Virus record (IMG/VR): IMGVR_UViG_3300045988_164457
Span: 32,001-96,000 of that record
Length of the DNA stretch: 64,000 nt
Origin: a virus
Reading direction: 5' to 3' (one strand)
This document shows, piece after piece, positions 9,194 to 19,039 of this stretch; positions within the stretch are counted from its first letter, which is position 1, and each line of letters opens with the position of its first letter. Both the position numbers and the translations under genes were made by a program. The notes beneath the pieces are model-generated. The model searched no databases. It was not told where the DNA came from and saw only the letters and a list, made by a program, of their open reading frames with translations.

Positions 9194-10735
9194 ATGGCTG
9201 ATTGTTTTATTACACGAAGAGGATATGGGAGTAGCGGGGAAGGTTCAAGCAAAGTTACTCCTGAAAAACTGGGTTATGTATCGGGGGCAAATGCCTTTTT
9301 TGACGGCAGATGGAACACACCTTACGGACACGTTTCCGATGGTGCATCGTGGACTGATTTGGTGCATGAAAAGAGCGCCTATCGAGTTTCTATGGGAGAC
9401 ACTGACGCCAAGGACTACATTGATGCGGATTATTATATTAAACCAGCCGTAGCCAGTGGCGGTATTGTCTTGCCGATAGACATGTCAACTTACAGCAGTT
9501 TTACCGTAGAAGCTGTAGTAAAAATTGTCTCTTTGGATAATTACCAGAGTGATATAATCAATACTTATGCAAGTGATAATTACGGCGGTTTCGGTATTAC
9601 AGCAGAAACAGCTACAAAAATTACACTTCAGGCATATTCAGGCGGTTGGAAAAATATGTCTTCGACTTATACTAAAGGTGAAATTGTCTATGTGGCAATG
9701 ACATTTGATGGCAGCTCACTGAAGTCCTATATAAATGGAATTTATTTATCTGAAGCAAGCTGTACAAATAGAATAACGAATGCGTTATTTCCGTGTCTTG
9801 GCGTTAAAGCAGGAGGAAAGAATGAACACGCTGGTGGCAAGAGCTATTACTACAGGGCTGCTATTTATGATAAAGTGCTAACTGCTGATGAAATTACGCA
9901 GAACTATAACAGGGACGTATATAGGTATGTTAATGGCAATGCGGATGATATTGATGATAGTGACAGTGGGGATAAACCATCTGCTACAGTTGAAAAATCA
10001 ACTGTCTCTTTCACTGCAAATATAACTTCCACATCAAAATATACCGTAGAATATAAGACATTGTATGATACCGCTCCTGCCTTTGAATTATACATAAACG
10101 ATGAGTTAAAAGGTACTTATAGCGCTATAACTAACAATACCGTAGTCATAGATTTGGCAGACCTTGCTTTGTCTATTTCTAAAGCAAAAGTAGTTATCAA
10201 GTCAACATCTTACTACATCGGAATTTCACGGGTATATTTTCGTAGTTCTATAAATATGACAGCTGACACAATAACAACTGACGATGGCGATATAACAGCC
10301 TCAGCAGATAGTTATCGTTCAGGCTGCAATCCGTATTATGCTTTTGACGGCTCAACGGATACAAGTAGTTACTGGTTGGCAAACACTAAGACTACTCCCA
10401 CATGGCTACAGATACAATTTCCAACGGCAAAGGTACTGAAAAGTTTCGTTATGTATAAAGCTCATGCACAATATGACGATTGCGTAAAAGCCTTTACTCT
10501 GCAAGGGTCTAATGATGGTTCTTCTTATATTGATTTGGGCAGTTATGTTTTCTCTGAACAACTCATAACAGTATTCAGCAAGACATTTGAAGTCAACAAT
10601 AGCACTGCCTACACGACTTATAGATTCTATATCATGTCTGCAAATAACTATCCGATGATAAATGAAATATCAATGTTTTTTGATGAAGACATCAACATCA
10701 TCAACGAGTTGTCTATTGTTGATAGTTTGCGGTGA
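9194..10735 (+). CDS. Receptor-binding-type protein: LamG/ConA-like lectin domain plus C-terminal F5/8 type C (discoidin) domain
   Basis: LamG_3-like: 'VYVAMTFDGSSLKSYINGIYL' and 'RAAIYDKVLTADEITQNY'. Discoidin-like: 'YYAFDGSTDTSSYWLA..TPTWLQIQFP' and 'LQGSNDGSSY'. Confidence 0.65.
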   Translation: MADCFITRRGYGSSGEGSSKVTPEKLGYVSGANAFFDGRWNTPYGHVSDGASWTDLVHEKSAYRVSMGDTDAKDYIDADYYIKPAVASGGIVLPIDMSTYSSFTVEAVVKIVSLDNYQSDIINTYASDNYGGFGITAETATKITLQAYSGGWKNMSSTYTKGEIVYVAMTFDGSSLKSYINGIYLSEASCTNRITNALFPCLGVKAGGKNEHAGGKSYYYRAAIYDKVLTADEITQNYNRDVYRYVNGNADDIDDSDSGDKPSATVEKSTVSFTANITSTSKYTVEYKTLYDTAPAFELYINDELKGTYSAITNNTVVIDLADLALSISKAKVVIKSTSYYIGISRVYFRSSINMTADTITTDDGDITASADSYRSGCNPYYAFDGSTDTSSYWLANTKTTPTWLQIQFPTAKVLKSFVMYKAHAQYDDCVKAFTLQGSNDGSSYIDLGSYVFSEQLITVFSKTFEVNNSTAYTTYRFYIMSANNYPMINEISMFFDEDINIINELSIVDSLR

Positions 10736-10748
10736 AGGTGAGTATATA

Positions 10749-11099
10749 ATGAAAAAGCGTAAGATGGAATTTTCTAAGAAATGGCTTATAGGCTGTATTT
10801 GCGTTAGCCTATTCTTCACGTTGGCTTCATACGTTCTGGCGTGGTTCGACAAGAACGCCGTAGAAACACTTAGCATAACGATCATTGAGACACTGTGGGG
10901 AACTTCCGCAGTGTCCTTTGTATTTTATGCGGGGCTTAACGGCGTGAGAGCCTATACCGGCAGCAAGTGGGGTATTCCAACAGATGAGATGGACAAGGCA
11001 ATTACAGATGAAGAGCCGGAAGAGATAAACTATTCAAACCGATATGACACCGATGATATGTCGGTGGAAGATATTTTAGACGAATATGACAGGCGGTGA
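10749..11099 (+). CDS. Two-TM membrane protein (holin/antiholin candidate)
   Basis: The start was set at 'MKKRKMEF'. Two hydrophobic helices are followed by an acidic C-terminus. The gene lies immediately upstream of the endolysin. Confidence 0.5.
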   Translation: MKKRKMEFSKKWLIGCICVSLFFTLASYVLAWFDKNAVETLSITIIETLWGTSAVSFVFYAGLNGVRAYTGSKWGIPTDEMDKAITDEEPEEINYSNRYDTDDMSVEDILDEYDRR

Positions 11100-11103
11100 T
11101 TAC

Positions 11104-12321
11104 ATGGAATTGATTGCAAAAGGTGCAGATATCTCTAAACACAATGGAAACATTGACTGGAACAGAGTTAAGAAGACCGAGGTTAACTTTGTGATTATCA
11201 GAGCTGGATTTGGCTTTAACACGGTTGATCCGATGTTTAAGACCTACATTGAAAATGCTATAAAATGCGGACTTGATATCGGAATATACTGGTTTAGCTA
11301 TGCTGGAAGTGTGGCTGATGCGAAAAAGGAAGCAGAGTTCTGCCTCAAGACGATATCGCCCTACAGAAAGAGCATAAATTATCCTGTGTTTTTCGACTGG
11401 GAGAACGGCAGCTACAACTACGTAAAGCGAACATACGGTATAACGCCTACCAAAAAGCTTGTGTCTGATATGGCTGTAGAATTTATGGACACTATCGGAC
11501 AGGCTGGGTACAAGGTTGGCAACTACAACAGTGTAAGCTACCTGAATACATTTTTCGATGACAGAGTTAAAGAGAACTATGATACTTGGGTAGCTCACGT
11601 AAGAGACGCCAATGGAAATCCTCTGGAAAAGACAAGCTACAAAGGCAAGTATGTTATTCATCAGTATTCATGGGTCGGACGACCGAGTGGTTTCTCCTCT
11701 AAGACCGATATGGATTACTGTTATAAGGATTATACCGGTAAGGGTACAACTACAAAAACTGAGACGGTTAAATCGTCAAAGTATGTTGTTCCCGATAATA
11801 TCACATTTAAAGTACCAACATCTAAGAATGTGATTACGACCTATCCGTTGAAGACTTATGGCGAAACCAAGATTTCTGACCATTTCAAGGTCAAGGAGTT
11901 TACCAGTAAATTCGGCAATAAGGTCTATTCGGATAAAGTCAAGATACATAACAAACTGATTGAAATTCTGGAGGCTCTGTATGCCAAACTGGACTGCTCG
12001 ATGATTATAGTCAACAGTGGTTACAGGACTGCGGAGCACGACAAAGCGGTCGGTGGCAATGGGTCGGGATATCATGTTCTCGGAAGAGCGGCGGATATTA
12101 TCTGCTATGACAAAAACAAAAAGATAATCGACGCTAAGACCGTATGCGTAACGCTGGAAGAGATGGGTGGAATATACGGTATAGGGTATATCAACAACAG
12201 AGCTGTCCATGTGGATACGAGACCCAAGGCTTCTCAGTGGTATGGCGACGAAACCAAACGTGGAGCGCCCAGTATCACGAAGCTTGGATACAAGTCTTTC
12301 CGTGATTATTTCAAGATGTAA
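11104..12321 (+). CDS. Bifunctional endolysin: GH25 muramidase plus peptidase M15-like domain
   Basis: N-terminus 'GADISKHNGNIDWNRVKKTEVNFVIIRAGFG' is GH25-like. C-terminus 'ISDHFKVKEF...NSGYRTAEHDKAVGG..SGYHVLGRAADI...VHVDTR' is M15/YcbK-like. Confidence 0.85.
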   Translation: MELIAKGADISKHNGNIDWNRVKKTEVNFVIIRAGFGFNTVDPMFKTYIENAIKCGLDIGIYWFSYAGSVADAKKEAEFCLKTISPYRKSINYPVFFDWENGSYNYVKRTYGITPTKKLVSDMAVEFMDTIGQAGYKVGNYNSVSYLNTFFDDRVKENYDTWVAHVRDANGNPLEKTSYKGKYVIHQYSWVGRPSGFSSKTDMDYCYKDYTGKGTTTKTETVKSSKYVVPDNITFKVPTSKNVITTYPLKTYGETKISDHFKVKEFTSKFGNKVYSDKVKIHNKLIEILEALYAKLDCSMIIVNSGYRTAEHDKAVGGNGSGYHVLGRAADIICYDKNKKIIDAKTVCVTLEEMGGIYGIGYINNRAVHVDTRPKASQWYGDETKRGAPSITKLGYKSFRDYFKM

Positions 12322-12339
12322 CAGAAAGGAAGTTTTATT

Positions 12340-12684
12340 ATGACAATCGACATTACAACTATCATTGAGCTGGTTATTGCCCTGCTCGGCACAATTATTA
12401 CCGTTATTGTAATACCTTGGATCAAGACTAAGTTGAACAATGAACAGTGGAACACTCTTAATGAGTATGCGATCGTATTTGTAAAGGCTGCAGAAATGCT
12501 CTTCAATGGAACAAATCTTGGCAAGGATAAGAAGAAGTGGGTAATTGAGAAGCTCACCGCAATCGCAGAGGAACATCATCTGAAGTTCTCGGCAGATGCA
12601 ATAGAGGCTGCTATTGAAAATGCGGTCAAGAACATGAACGACATACTGGAGATCACGGACTATAAGCCTGAAATCTCGGAATGA
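12340..12684 (+). CDS. Holin, LL-H family-like
   Basis: Has an N-terminal TM helix and 'YAIVFVKAAEMLFNGTNLGKDKKKWVIEKL'. It lies directly after the endolysin. Confidence 0.6.
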   Translation: MTIDITTIIELVIALLGTIITVIVIPWIKTKLNNEQWNTLNEYAIVFVKAAEMLFNGTNLGKDKKKWVIEKLTAIAEEHHLKFSADAIEAAIENAVKNMNDILEITDYKPEISE

Positions 12685-12692
12685 GGTGGGTT

Positions 12693-13061
12693 ATGTCTGT
12701 TGAATTTAATGAGAATTATCTCACAGCACTTACTCAGGTTGACGAGAGAAGCAAGAGCAACTCGCATCGTCTGGACGAAGCGGAGGCTGATATTAAAGCA
12801 ATTAAGGAAGAAAATCGTGCTATACACGATATTGCAACTTCTGTTAAACTTATTGCACAGGATATGACATATATTAAATCCGATATTGCTGCTGTAAAAG
12901 AAACACAAGCAGATTTGACAGAACAGGTTTCTAATTTAAAGGATGAACCTGCTAAAACTAAAGCAGCTTGGGTTGACAAAGTAATCGGAGCGGTGTGTGG
13001 TGCAGTCGGTATGGCTATTTTATCATATGTGTTGAGTAACTTAGCCAATATCTTTTCATAA
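12693..13061 (+). CDS. XhlA-like lysis-associated membrane protein
   Basis: Coiled-coil N-terminus with a single C-terminal TM helix (VIGAVCGAVGMAILSYVL). The start was set after a GAGGTG RBS. Confidence 0.55.
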   Translation: MSVEFNENYLTALTQVDERSKSNSHRLDEAEADIKAIKEENRAIHDIATSVKLIAQDMTYIKSDIAAVKETQADLTEQVSNLKDEPAKTKAAWVDKVIGAVCGAVGMAILSYVLSNLANIFS

Positions 13062-13077
13062 GAAAGGAATAAATACA

Positions 13078-13248
13078 ATGACAATTTTTATCTGCTATGA
13101 TACTAAGCAGAAGAAATATTTTGAACAAAACGGTTTTAAAGATGTAATTTCAGGACTACATAAGAAAACTTTAAAACCGTTTTGGGTATATGAGAGAAAT
13201 GAACAATTTGATAAGTGTTTTGAGGACTGGTTGAATCGAAAGAGTTGA
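13078..13248 (+). CDS. Small hypothetical protein (56 aa, below the ORF-track cutoff; DUF5659-like)
   Basis: Hand-translated as MTIFICYDTKQKKYFEQNGFKDVISGL...EDWLNRKS. A GAAAGGAA RBS precedes it and a terminator overlaps its 3' end. Confidence 0.4.
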   Translation: MTIFICYDTKQKKYFEQNGFKDVISGLHKKTLKPFWVYERNEQFDKCFEDWLNRKS

Positions 13249-13262
13249 CCAGTCCTTTTTGT
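13224..13262 (+). terminator. Rho-independent terminator after the lysis cassette
   Basis: Stem GGACTGGT...ACCAGTCC followed by TTTTTGTTT. Confidence 0.6.
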
Positions 13263-13285
13263 TTATCTCGTAATGAAAGGAAGTA

Positions 13286-14599
13286 ATGTATATGGGACTT
13301 ATAAACCAAAAAATAGAAGTTGTGCTATCAGGGAAAAATATTCCATACTATGAAAATTTGGGTTATGAAATTCCGAGAGTATATAAAAAATATGGTTTAA
13401 GTACACCTCAAAGGACAAAAATAATTGTAGATGTTCTCGATTTATCTAAAGGGTCTGACGTAAAGGTTGATGTTCAATGTGATTGTTGTGGAGAAATACA
13501 TAAAGTTTCATATTATAATTATAATAAATATCGAAATGAGGATAAATATTATTGCAGAAAATGTAATAAATTAGGCGATAGAAATCCAAATTGGAATTAT
13601 AATAAAACAAATACTGAACGAATTTTACAAAGGAATTATGTTGATTATGATATATTTATTCATAAAGTTTTAGCCAGAGATAATTATACTTGTGTGATTA
13701 CTGGTAAAACAAACAAGGAAGCCAAGTTGGTGGTTCACCATCTTAATAGTTATGATTGGGATTTTGATGGTCGCATAGATGTTTGTAACGGGATTACTAT
13801 TACAGAAGAATTACACAAAGCATTTCATTCACAATATGGCTACGGACAAAACACTCGACAACAATTTGTTGAATTTACAGGTAAAGTTGATTTAATACTA
13901 AAAAACTATAATGGAGAAGTACCAACGGCAAGATGGGCGTATTGTATTACAGATAATGAAATAATTCAAAATGTAAAAAGGTATGCAGAAAAAAATCATA
14001 TAGCAGATACTGGTATTTATAATTGTTGTAATGGCAAGCTCTATACATATCATAATAAAATTTATATATGGTATGATAAATATTTATGTATGTCTAAAAA
14101 TGATTTAAATATTTATGTTGACATTTGTAAAAATTCACGTTCAAAAAAAGTGATTTGTACAACTACTAATAAAGTTTTTAATAGTGTAATTGAAGCAGCT
14201 GCTTTTTATAACATTCGTGAAAGTGGTATAAGTGCTTGTTGTAGGGGCGAATATAAACATAGCGGAAATTTATCAGATGATACTCCATTATGTTGGATGT
14301 ATTTATCTGACTATGTGAAAATACCCGAAAAAGGAATAAATTTGCAAACACAAGAAACATCTAAATTTTGCGGGAAAAGACAAGTAATGTGTATTACAAC
14401 CGGGAAATTGTTTAAATCTATAACAGAAGCAACAAATTATTATAAAATACCTGCAACTGGTGTAAGTTGTTGTTGTCGTGGTATTCAAAAGACCGCTGGA
14501 AAACTCCCCAACGGTAAACCTTTGAAATGGATATATTATAACGAATTTCTTAAACTTTCAAAGGAAGAACAAAATAAACTTTTAGCTAATATTTTATAG
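13286..14599 (+). CDS. Free-standing HNH homing endonuclease with repeated DNA-binding modules
   Basis: HNH core 'VVHHLNSYDWDFDGRIDVCNGITITEELHKAFH'. Three C-terminal repeats of the type 'CTTTNKVFNSVIEAAAFYNIRESGISACCRG'. An alternative start lies at 13292. Confidence 0.8.
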   Translation: MYMGLINQKIEVVLSGKNIPYYENLGYEIPRVYKKYGLSTPQRTKIIVDVLDLSKGSDVKVDVQCDCCGEIHKVSYYNYNKYRNEDKYYCRKCNKLGDRNPNWNYNKTNTERILQRNYVDYDIFIHKVLARDNYTCVITGKTNKEAKLVVHHLNSYDWDFDGRIDVCNGITITEELHKAFHSQYGYGQNTRQQFVEFTGKVDLILKNYNGEVPTARWAYCITDNEIIQNVKRYAEKNHIADTGIYNCCNGKLYTYHNKIYIWYDKYLCMSKNDLNIYVDICKNSRSKKVICTTTNKVFNSVIEAAAFYNIRESGISACCRGEYKHSGNLSDDTPLCWMYLSDYVKIPEKGINLQTQETSKFCGKRQVMCITTGKLFKSITEATNYYKIPATGVSCCCRGIQKTAGKLPNGKPLKWIYYNEFLKLSKEEQNKLLANIL

Positions 14600-14613
14600 A
14601 AAGGATTGATAAT

Positions 14614-14850
14614 ATGGCTGGTATAAAAAGTAAATACGGCAATGATTATAATACCCCCATTAGCGAGTATGTCTTGACCGACAAAACCGAAATAGCCGAT
14701 CTCCCTACAACCACGTCTGACGCAAAGGGTAAGTTTGCTGACGATGTAAACTTTAAAAACCGCCCTGCAATCGGTTCAATAGCGCAGGTTATTGACAGTA
14801 ATTCGCTTACGGTCTATATGCTTTCAGACTCAGGTTGGGTAGAGATATGA
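14614..14850 (+). CDS. Hypothetical small structural-module protein
   Basis: 78-aa ORF with a GAAAGGA RBS. No motif was recognised. Confidence 0.5.
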   Translation: MAGIKSKYGNDYNTPISEYVLTDKTEIADLPTTTSDAKGKFADDVNFKNRPAIGSIAQVIDSNSLTVYMLSDSGWVEI

Positions 14851-14880
14851 TAATCGATAACAAGAAAGGAAGGTGATACT

Positions 14881-16593
14881 ATGGATATGGTAACTTATGG
14901 CATACTCTCTAAGAGAATCAATGGCATTTTAAGCGGAGTTAAGTCCACTGAAATCCAAGGCACAAGTTTGATTTTCAACTTTACAGACGGAACTTCTCAG
15001 ACTATGACATTTCCAATTCCTGCGGACGGTAAAGATGGCGCAAATGGTATTTCTATTGTAGGATTAGAAATTACCCCAACTAATCATTTAATAGGTACTT
15101 TTTCTGATGGCTCTGTTGTCGATGCGGGTCTAATAACAACGATAAGAGGTGAACGTGGCTATACAGGCACCGCAGGTAAAGACGGCAAGGACGGTACTAA
15201 CGGTGCTGATGGTGTAGATGGCATCTCTCCTACTGTTACTATTACAGAAGCTACAGGCAGACACACTGTATCTATTACTGATAAAGACGGTGTAAAATCT
15301 TTTGTCGTCAAAGACGGCTCTGCTCTTGATGTAGATAATTACTATACTAAGGACGAAGTCATTACAGAACTTGCTACAAAAGCAAATATAACTGATATTC
15401 CTGTCGTACCCGTTAATGTATCAGAGTTTACCAATGACGCAGGATATATTAAGAATACTGTAGATAATCTTATTCATTATTATAATAAGGCTGACGTTTA
15501 TACTCAGACGGAAGTTAATATGCTGATTTCTAATATTAACAAACTTACATCTCAGATAGTTGACCAGCTTCCTACAGAAGATATTGATACAAGCGTTATT
15601 TATCTGATTAAGCAGGAAGATGTCAATGCTTATATGCAGTATATGTATATAAACAGCGCTTGGGCGGAGCTTGGCACTACTCAGGTCGATTTGTCAGATT
15701 ATTACAAGAAGTCTGAGGTTGATACCAAATTAGCTGAGAAAGCTGATAAGACAGAACTTCCTACGGTTCCAAGTGTAGTTTCTGCGTTTACTAATGATGC
15801 AGGCTATTTGACTGAGTACACTGAAACCGACCCTACAGTTCCTGCTTGGGCGAAAAGCCCTCAAAAGCCGCAGTACAGTTGCGAAGAAATTGGTGCGCTG
15901 CCTGAAGATACTGAAATCCCTATCTTCACAAACAAAGTCGTTCTTGATAAAATCAGCGAAGAAAAAGTTGAAAGTTGGGACGGAGCAGCAACTGCCGCAC
16001 ATACTCACGATAATAAAATTGTTCTTGATAAATTTACAGAATCCGATGAAGGTGAAGTCCTTTATAAAGGTAAACAAATAGCAAGCGGTAATCTCTGGAA
16101 TGGCACTAAGGAAGAGTTTGATACTATTAAGGATAAAGACCCAGATACTACTTATGTAATTACTGATGATAAAGATGATGAAGTGTCACTCAGCGACTTG
16201 GTTATTGATGATAGTTCTACTACATCTAAAAAAAAGTCTTGGTCTGTGAAGAAGATAAATGATACTGTTGTTTTGAAAAATACTGGAATATTATATAAAA
16301 ACGCTCCGACATCTTCAGGAATGACAACCTTTACATTAGATATATCCTCTTTAGGACTGACCCACAACATATATCATTTTAAATGTTATATAGTAGGTAA
16401 TGGCAATGTCGCTCATTGTGCTGAAGGCAGTATTGGACAATATGATGGTAGTTATTACATATCTATTGATTATAAATCATCTCACATTTCCAGCATCGTT
16501 ATAAACGGAACAACAATTACAGTCACAACTTCTGCAGCTCATTATAATCTTAGCTTTTCTATTCAATCAATATATGATTGGGCAGAATCATAA
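14881..16593 (+). CDS. Tail fibre protein with collagen-like G-X-Y stretch
   Basis: 'GERGYTGTAGKDGKDGTNGADGVDG' lies at about 15148-15222. The fibre motif 'FTNDAGY' occurs twice. Confidence 0.7.
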   Translation: MDMVTYGILSKRINGILSGVKSTEIQGTSLIFNFTDGTSQTMTFPIPADGKDGANGISIVGLEITPTNHLIGTFSDGSVVDAGLITTIRGERGYTGTAGKDGKDGTNGADGVDGISPTVTITEATGRHTVSITDKDGVKSFVVKDGSALDVDNYYTKDEVITELATKANITDIPVVPVNVSEFTNDAGYIKNTVDNLIHYYNKADVYTQTEVNMLISNINKLTSQIVDQLPTEDIDTSVIYLIKQEDVNAYMQYMYINSAWAELGTTQVDLSDYYKKSEVDTKLAEKADKTELPTVPSVVSAFTNDAGYLTEYTETDPTVPAWAKSPQKPQYSCEEIGALPEDTEIPIFTNKVVLDKISEEKVESWDGAATAAHTHDNKIVLDKFTESDEGEVLYKGKQIASGNLWNGTKEEFDTIKDKDPDTTYVITDDKDDEVSLSDLVIDDSSTTSKKKSWSVKKINDTVVLKNTGILYKNAPTSSGMTTFTLDISSLGLTHNIYHFKCYIVGNGNVAHCAEGSIGQYDGSYYISIDYKSSHISSIVINGTTITVTTSAAHYNLSFSIQSIYDWAES

Positions 16594-16612
16594 AAAAGGA
16601 GAGTGAAACAAT

Positions 16613-17332
16613 ATGTCAATATATCAAGGCGACCAGAAAGTCGCAAATAATATAACTATCGAAAACGCTTCATATTCTGTGCCTATTGGTACAATCATCA
16701 GCTATGCTTCCACTACTCTCCCTGTTGGATTTTTGCTTTGTGATGGCTCGGAGATATCAAAGACTGACTACGCTGATTTATATATTGTTATTGGCAACAA
16801 GTTCGGCACAGCTACAGATACTACGAAGTTTAAGCTCCCTGATTTGAGAGATAGATTTATTCAGGGTGCTAATGGTAATTTAGGTGCAAGTAAAGACGCT
16901 GGACTTCCGAACATTACTGGTAGTTTTACCTCTTATGACTATGTTTATGGTAATGCAAAAGATTCTTTTACAAGAGCTATATCTAATAAGAACAGTGGTT
17001 CAAATATTGTGAATCCGACTGATGCCCCGTATGTAATGTATAATTTTGATGCTTCAAAATCAAATTCAATCTACGGTAACTCAAATACAGTTCAACCGCC
17101 TTCTGTTTGTTTAACATTTATCATAAAAGCAGAGAAAATCAGCGACCAGTATGCGGCAGATATTGATAATCTTTTGGAAAGTAAGGTTGATCAAAATCAA
17201 GGTATTGAAAATCAGGGCAAGCTTTTGGGTACAGATTCTACGGGTAAAGTCATCACAGTTAATGCTCAGGGACTTAAATATAATGATAGCACTAAGATGA
17301 TTGAATACGGAGTCGTCTTAATACAACTTTGA
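16613..17332 (+). CDS. Phage tail collar domain protein
   Basis: 'VPIGTIISYASTTLPVGFLLCDGSEISKTDYADLYIVIGNKFG...FKLPDLRDRFIQGA' is the classic tail-collar signature. Confidence 0.75.
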   Translation: MSIYQGDQKVANNITIENASYSVPIGTIISYASTTLPVGFLLCDGSEISKTDYADLYIVIGNKFGTATDTTKFKLPDLRDRFIQGANGNLGASKDAGLPNITGSFTSYDYVYGNAKDSFTRAISNKNSGSNIVNPTDAPYVMYNFDASKSNSIYGNSNTVQPPSVCLTFIIKAEKISDQYAADIDNLLESKVDQNQGIENQGKLLGTDSTGKVITVNAQGLKYNDSTKMIEYGVVLIQL

Positions 17333-17501
17333 ATGAAGGTGTTAAACTTGATACGACTCTAACTAAAGCTGTATTGCTGCGATGACGGATATGATAGAAT
17401 TGGAGAATGTATTGTTGGCTCGATTATCGAACACTATGGTAATTAACTATTACGATATTTGATTAACGTACTTATTTTTATAGATAGAAAGGAGCTGGCT
17501 T

Positions 17502-18449
17502 ATGGAACAAGCCAAAGGTATAACCATAGGCAATGAGTCCTATGAAATGATTCCGCCTGCCCCAAGTGATGAGCGTGGTGGAATTACTAAAACTGAATAT
17601 GATAAATTCAATAGTTACGAAATTAGTCTTGCGGCGCTTACCTTAAACAAGGCAGACAAAACCGACATTTTATCGCAGACTATTGCAGAAAATCATAATA
17701 ATATCTTTCGTGGCGATGATTTATTTGCAAAGGGATATGATATCAATGACATCTGCGCTATGATTAGTGACGGAAGTTTTTCTGATATCTATATCGGTGA
17801 CTATTTCACGCTATCGGGAAGCATTGAAAATGTTCCCTGTTTCGTGGAACAGACCGGTGATGATGGTACAAAATCACTGGTGGAAAGCACCCAAACAGTG
17901 AATTATGACACCAAATTCCGTATTGCAGGACTGGATACATACTTGAATACAGGCGATACGGCGTTTATGCAGCATCACGCTGTGATTGTGCCTGATGGGG
18001 TTATCGGTAACAATCGAATGAACAGTACTAATACTACCAGTGACGGATATATTGGCAGTTTTATGTTTGCATCGGTATTACCTGTGTATAATACGCATTT
18101 TTCAGCGAAACTGAACAATCACCTGTTGTCACATCGTGAAATTCTGAGTAATGGCGTGATTGGGAATCAGGCAAATAGTTGGGCGTGGGCTGATGTAAAA
18201 ATCAATCTGATGTCTGAACCAGAGGTGTATGGCAGTAATCTGTGGGGAAACAAATATGATGTAGGTGTAAATTATAGGCAATTTCCGTTGTTTAGAATCG
18301 CATCAAAATATATTTGTAACCGCAACTGGTGCTGGCTAAACGCAGTCGCTGGGGGAAACGATTTTGTGGCTATGACAAGCAATGGTAATGCAACTCGCAA
18401 TGGGGCTGGGGTTGCACTTGCTGTGTACCCCTGTTTCTGTATTGGTTAA
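17502..18449 (+). CDS. Hypothetical fibre-associated protein
   Basis: 315-aa ORF with a GAAAGGAG RBS, within the second fibre module. Confidence 0.5.
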   Translation: MEQAKGITIGNESYEMIPPAPSDERGGITKTEYDKFNSYEISLAALTLNKADKTDILSQTIAENHNNIFRGDDLFAKGYDINDICAMISDGSFSDIYIGDYFTLSGSIENVPCFVEQTGDDGTKSLVESTQTVNYDTKFRIAGLDTYLNTGDTAFMQHHAVIVPDGVIGNNRMNSTNTTSDGYIGSFMFASVLPVYNTHFSAKLNNHLLSHREILSNGVIGNQANSWAWADVKINLMSEPEVYGSNLWGNKYDVGVNYRQFPLFRIASKYICNRNWCWLNAVAGGNDFVAMTSNGNATRNGAGVALAVYPCFCIG

Positions 18450-18475
18450 AGAAATTTAGAGAAAGGAGACTGCAA

Positions 18476-19039
18476 ATGGTAGTATATAAAAACAAATGGT
18501 TTATTATCAATATGGAACACCCAGATACAGACTGGCTCGGAGATGCCGATTGGGTTGTTCCAGATGATTCAGAACTTGGTAAGAAAATAGTATCCTATGC
18601 TCCTAATTTTGATCTTATAGTCAAGAACGGCAAGCTTATTGATGTTAAAAAGGGTAAGATTACTAAAGAAGAGCTTGATGGTATCAAGGAAGATAAAATT
18701 GCACAGTCTAAAAAAATGTTATCTGAATGGCTTGCAAGTCATCCGTATCTGTACAGTGACGGCAAGTATTACAGCTGCACCGAGGAAAAGCAGTCACTCC
18801 TGAATGGAAATTTAGCATCTTACGAAAGAGCCAAAGCAATAGGTGTTGAGTATCCTCTGAAGTGGAACGCAACTACAGCAGAATGTACGGATTTCAGTTA
18901 TAACGACTTACTTGCTTTGAGTCTGAGCATTGCAGCTTATGTTGCGCCCAAAGTAAGCAAACAGCAGTCAATAGAAGTTCAGATAAGAAATTGTGAAACT
19001 GTTGAAACTGTAGATGCGATAGAGATCAGCTATGATTAA
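18476..19039 (+). CDS. DUF4376/XkdW-like protein (fibre-associated)
   Basis: The C-terminal half 'KIAQSKKMLSEWLASHP...CTEEKQSLLNGNLASYERA' resembles DUF4376-type fibre-associated domains. The recognition is weak. Confidence 0.4.
   Translation: MVVYKNKWFIINMEHPDTDWLGDADWVVPDDSELGKKIVSYAPNFDLIVKNGKLIDVKKGKITKEELDGIKEDKIAQSKKMLSEWLASHPYLYSDGKYYSCTEEKQSLLNGNLASYERAKAIGVEYPLKWNATTAECTDFSYNDLLALSLSIAAYVAPKVSKQQSIEVQIRNCETVETVDAIEISYD

Noticed and set aside
11002-12579. Long minus-strand ORFs (219 aa and 267 aa) antisense to the endolysin and holin genes
   Set aside because: They fully overlap a motif-rich endolysin on the other strand. Their translations are low-complexity, and they have no RBS or recognisable domain.
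7902-19039. Diversity-generating retroelement targeting the fibre or lectin genes
   Set aside because: No reverse transcriptase ORF and no template/variable repeat pair were found anywhere in the window.
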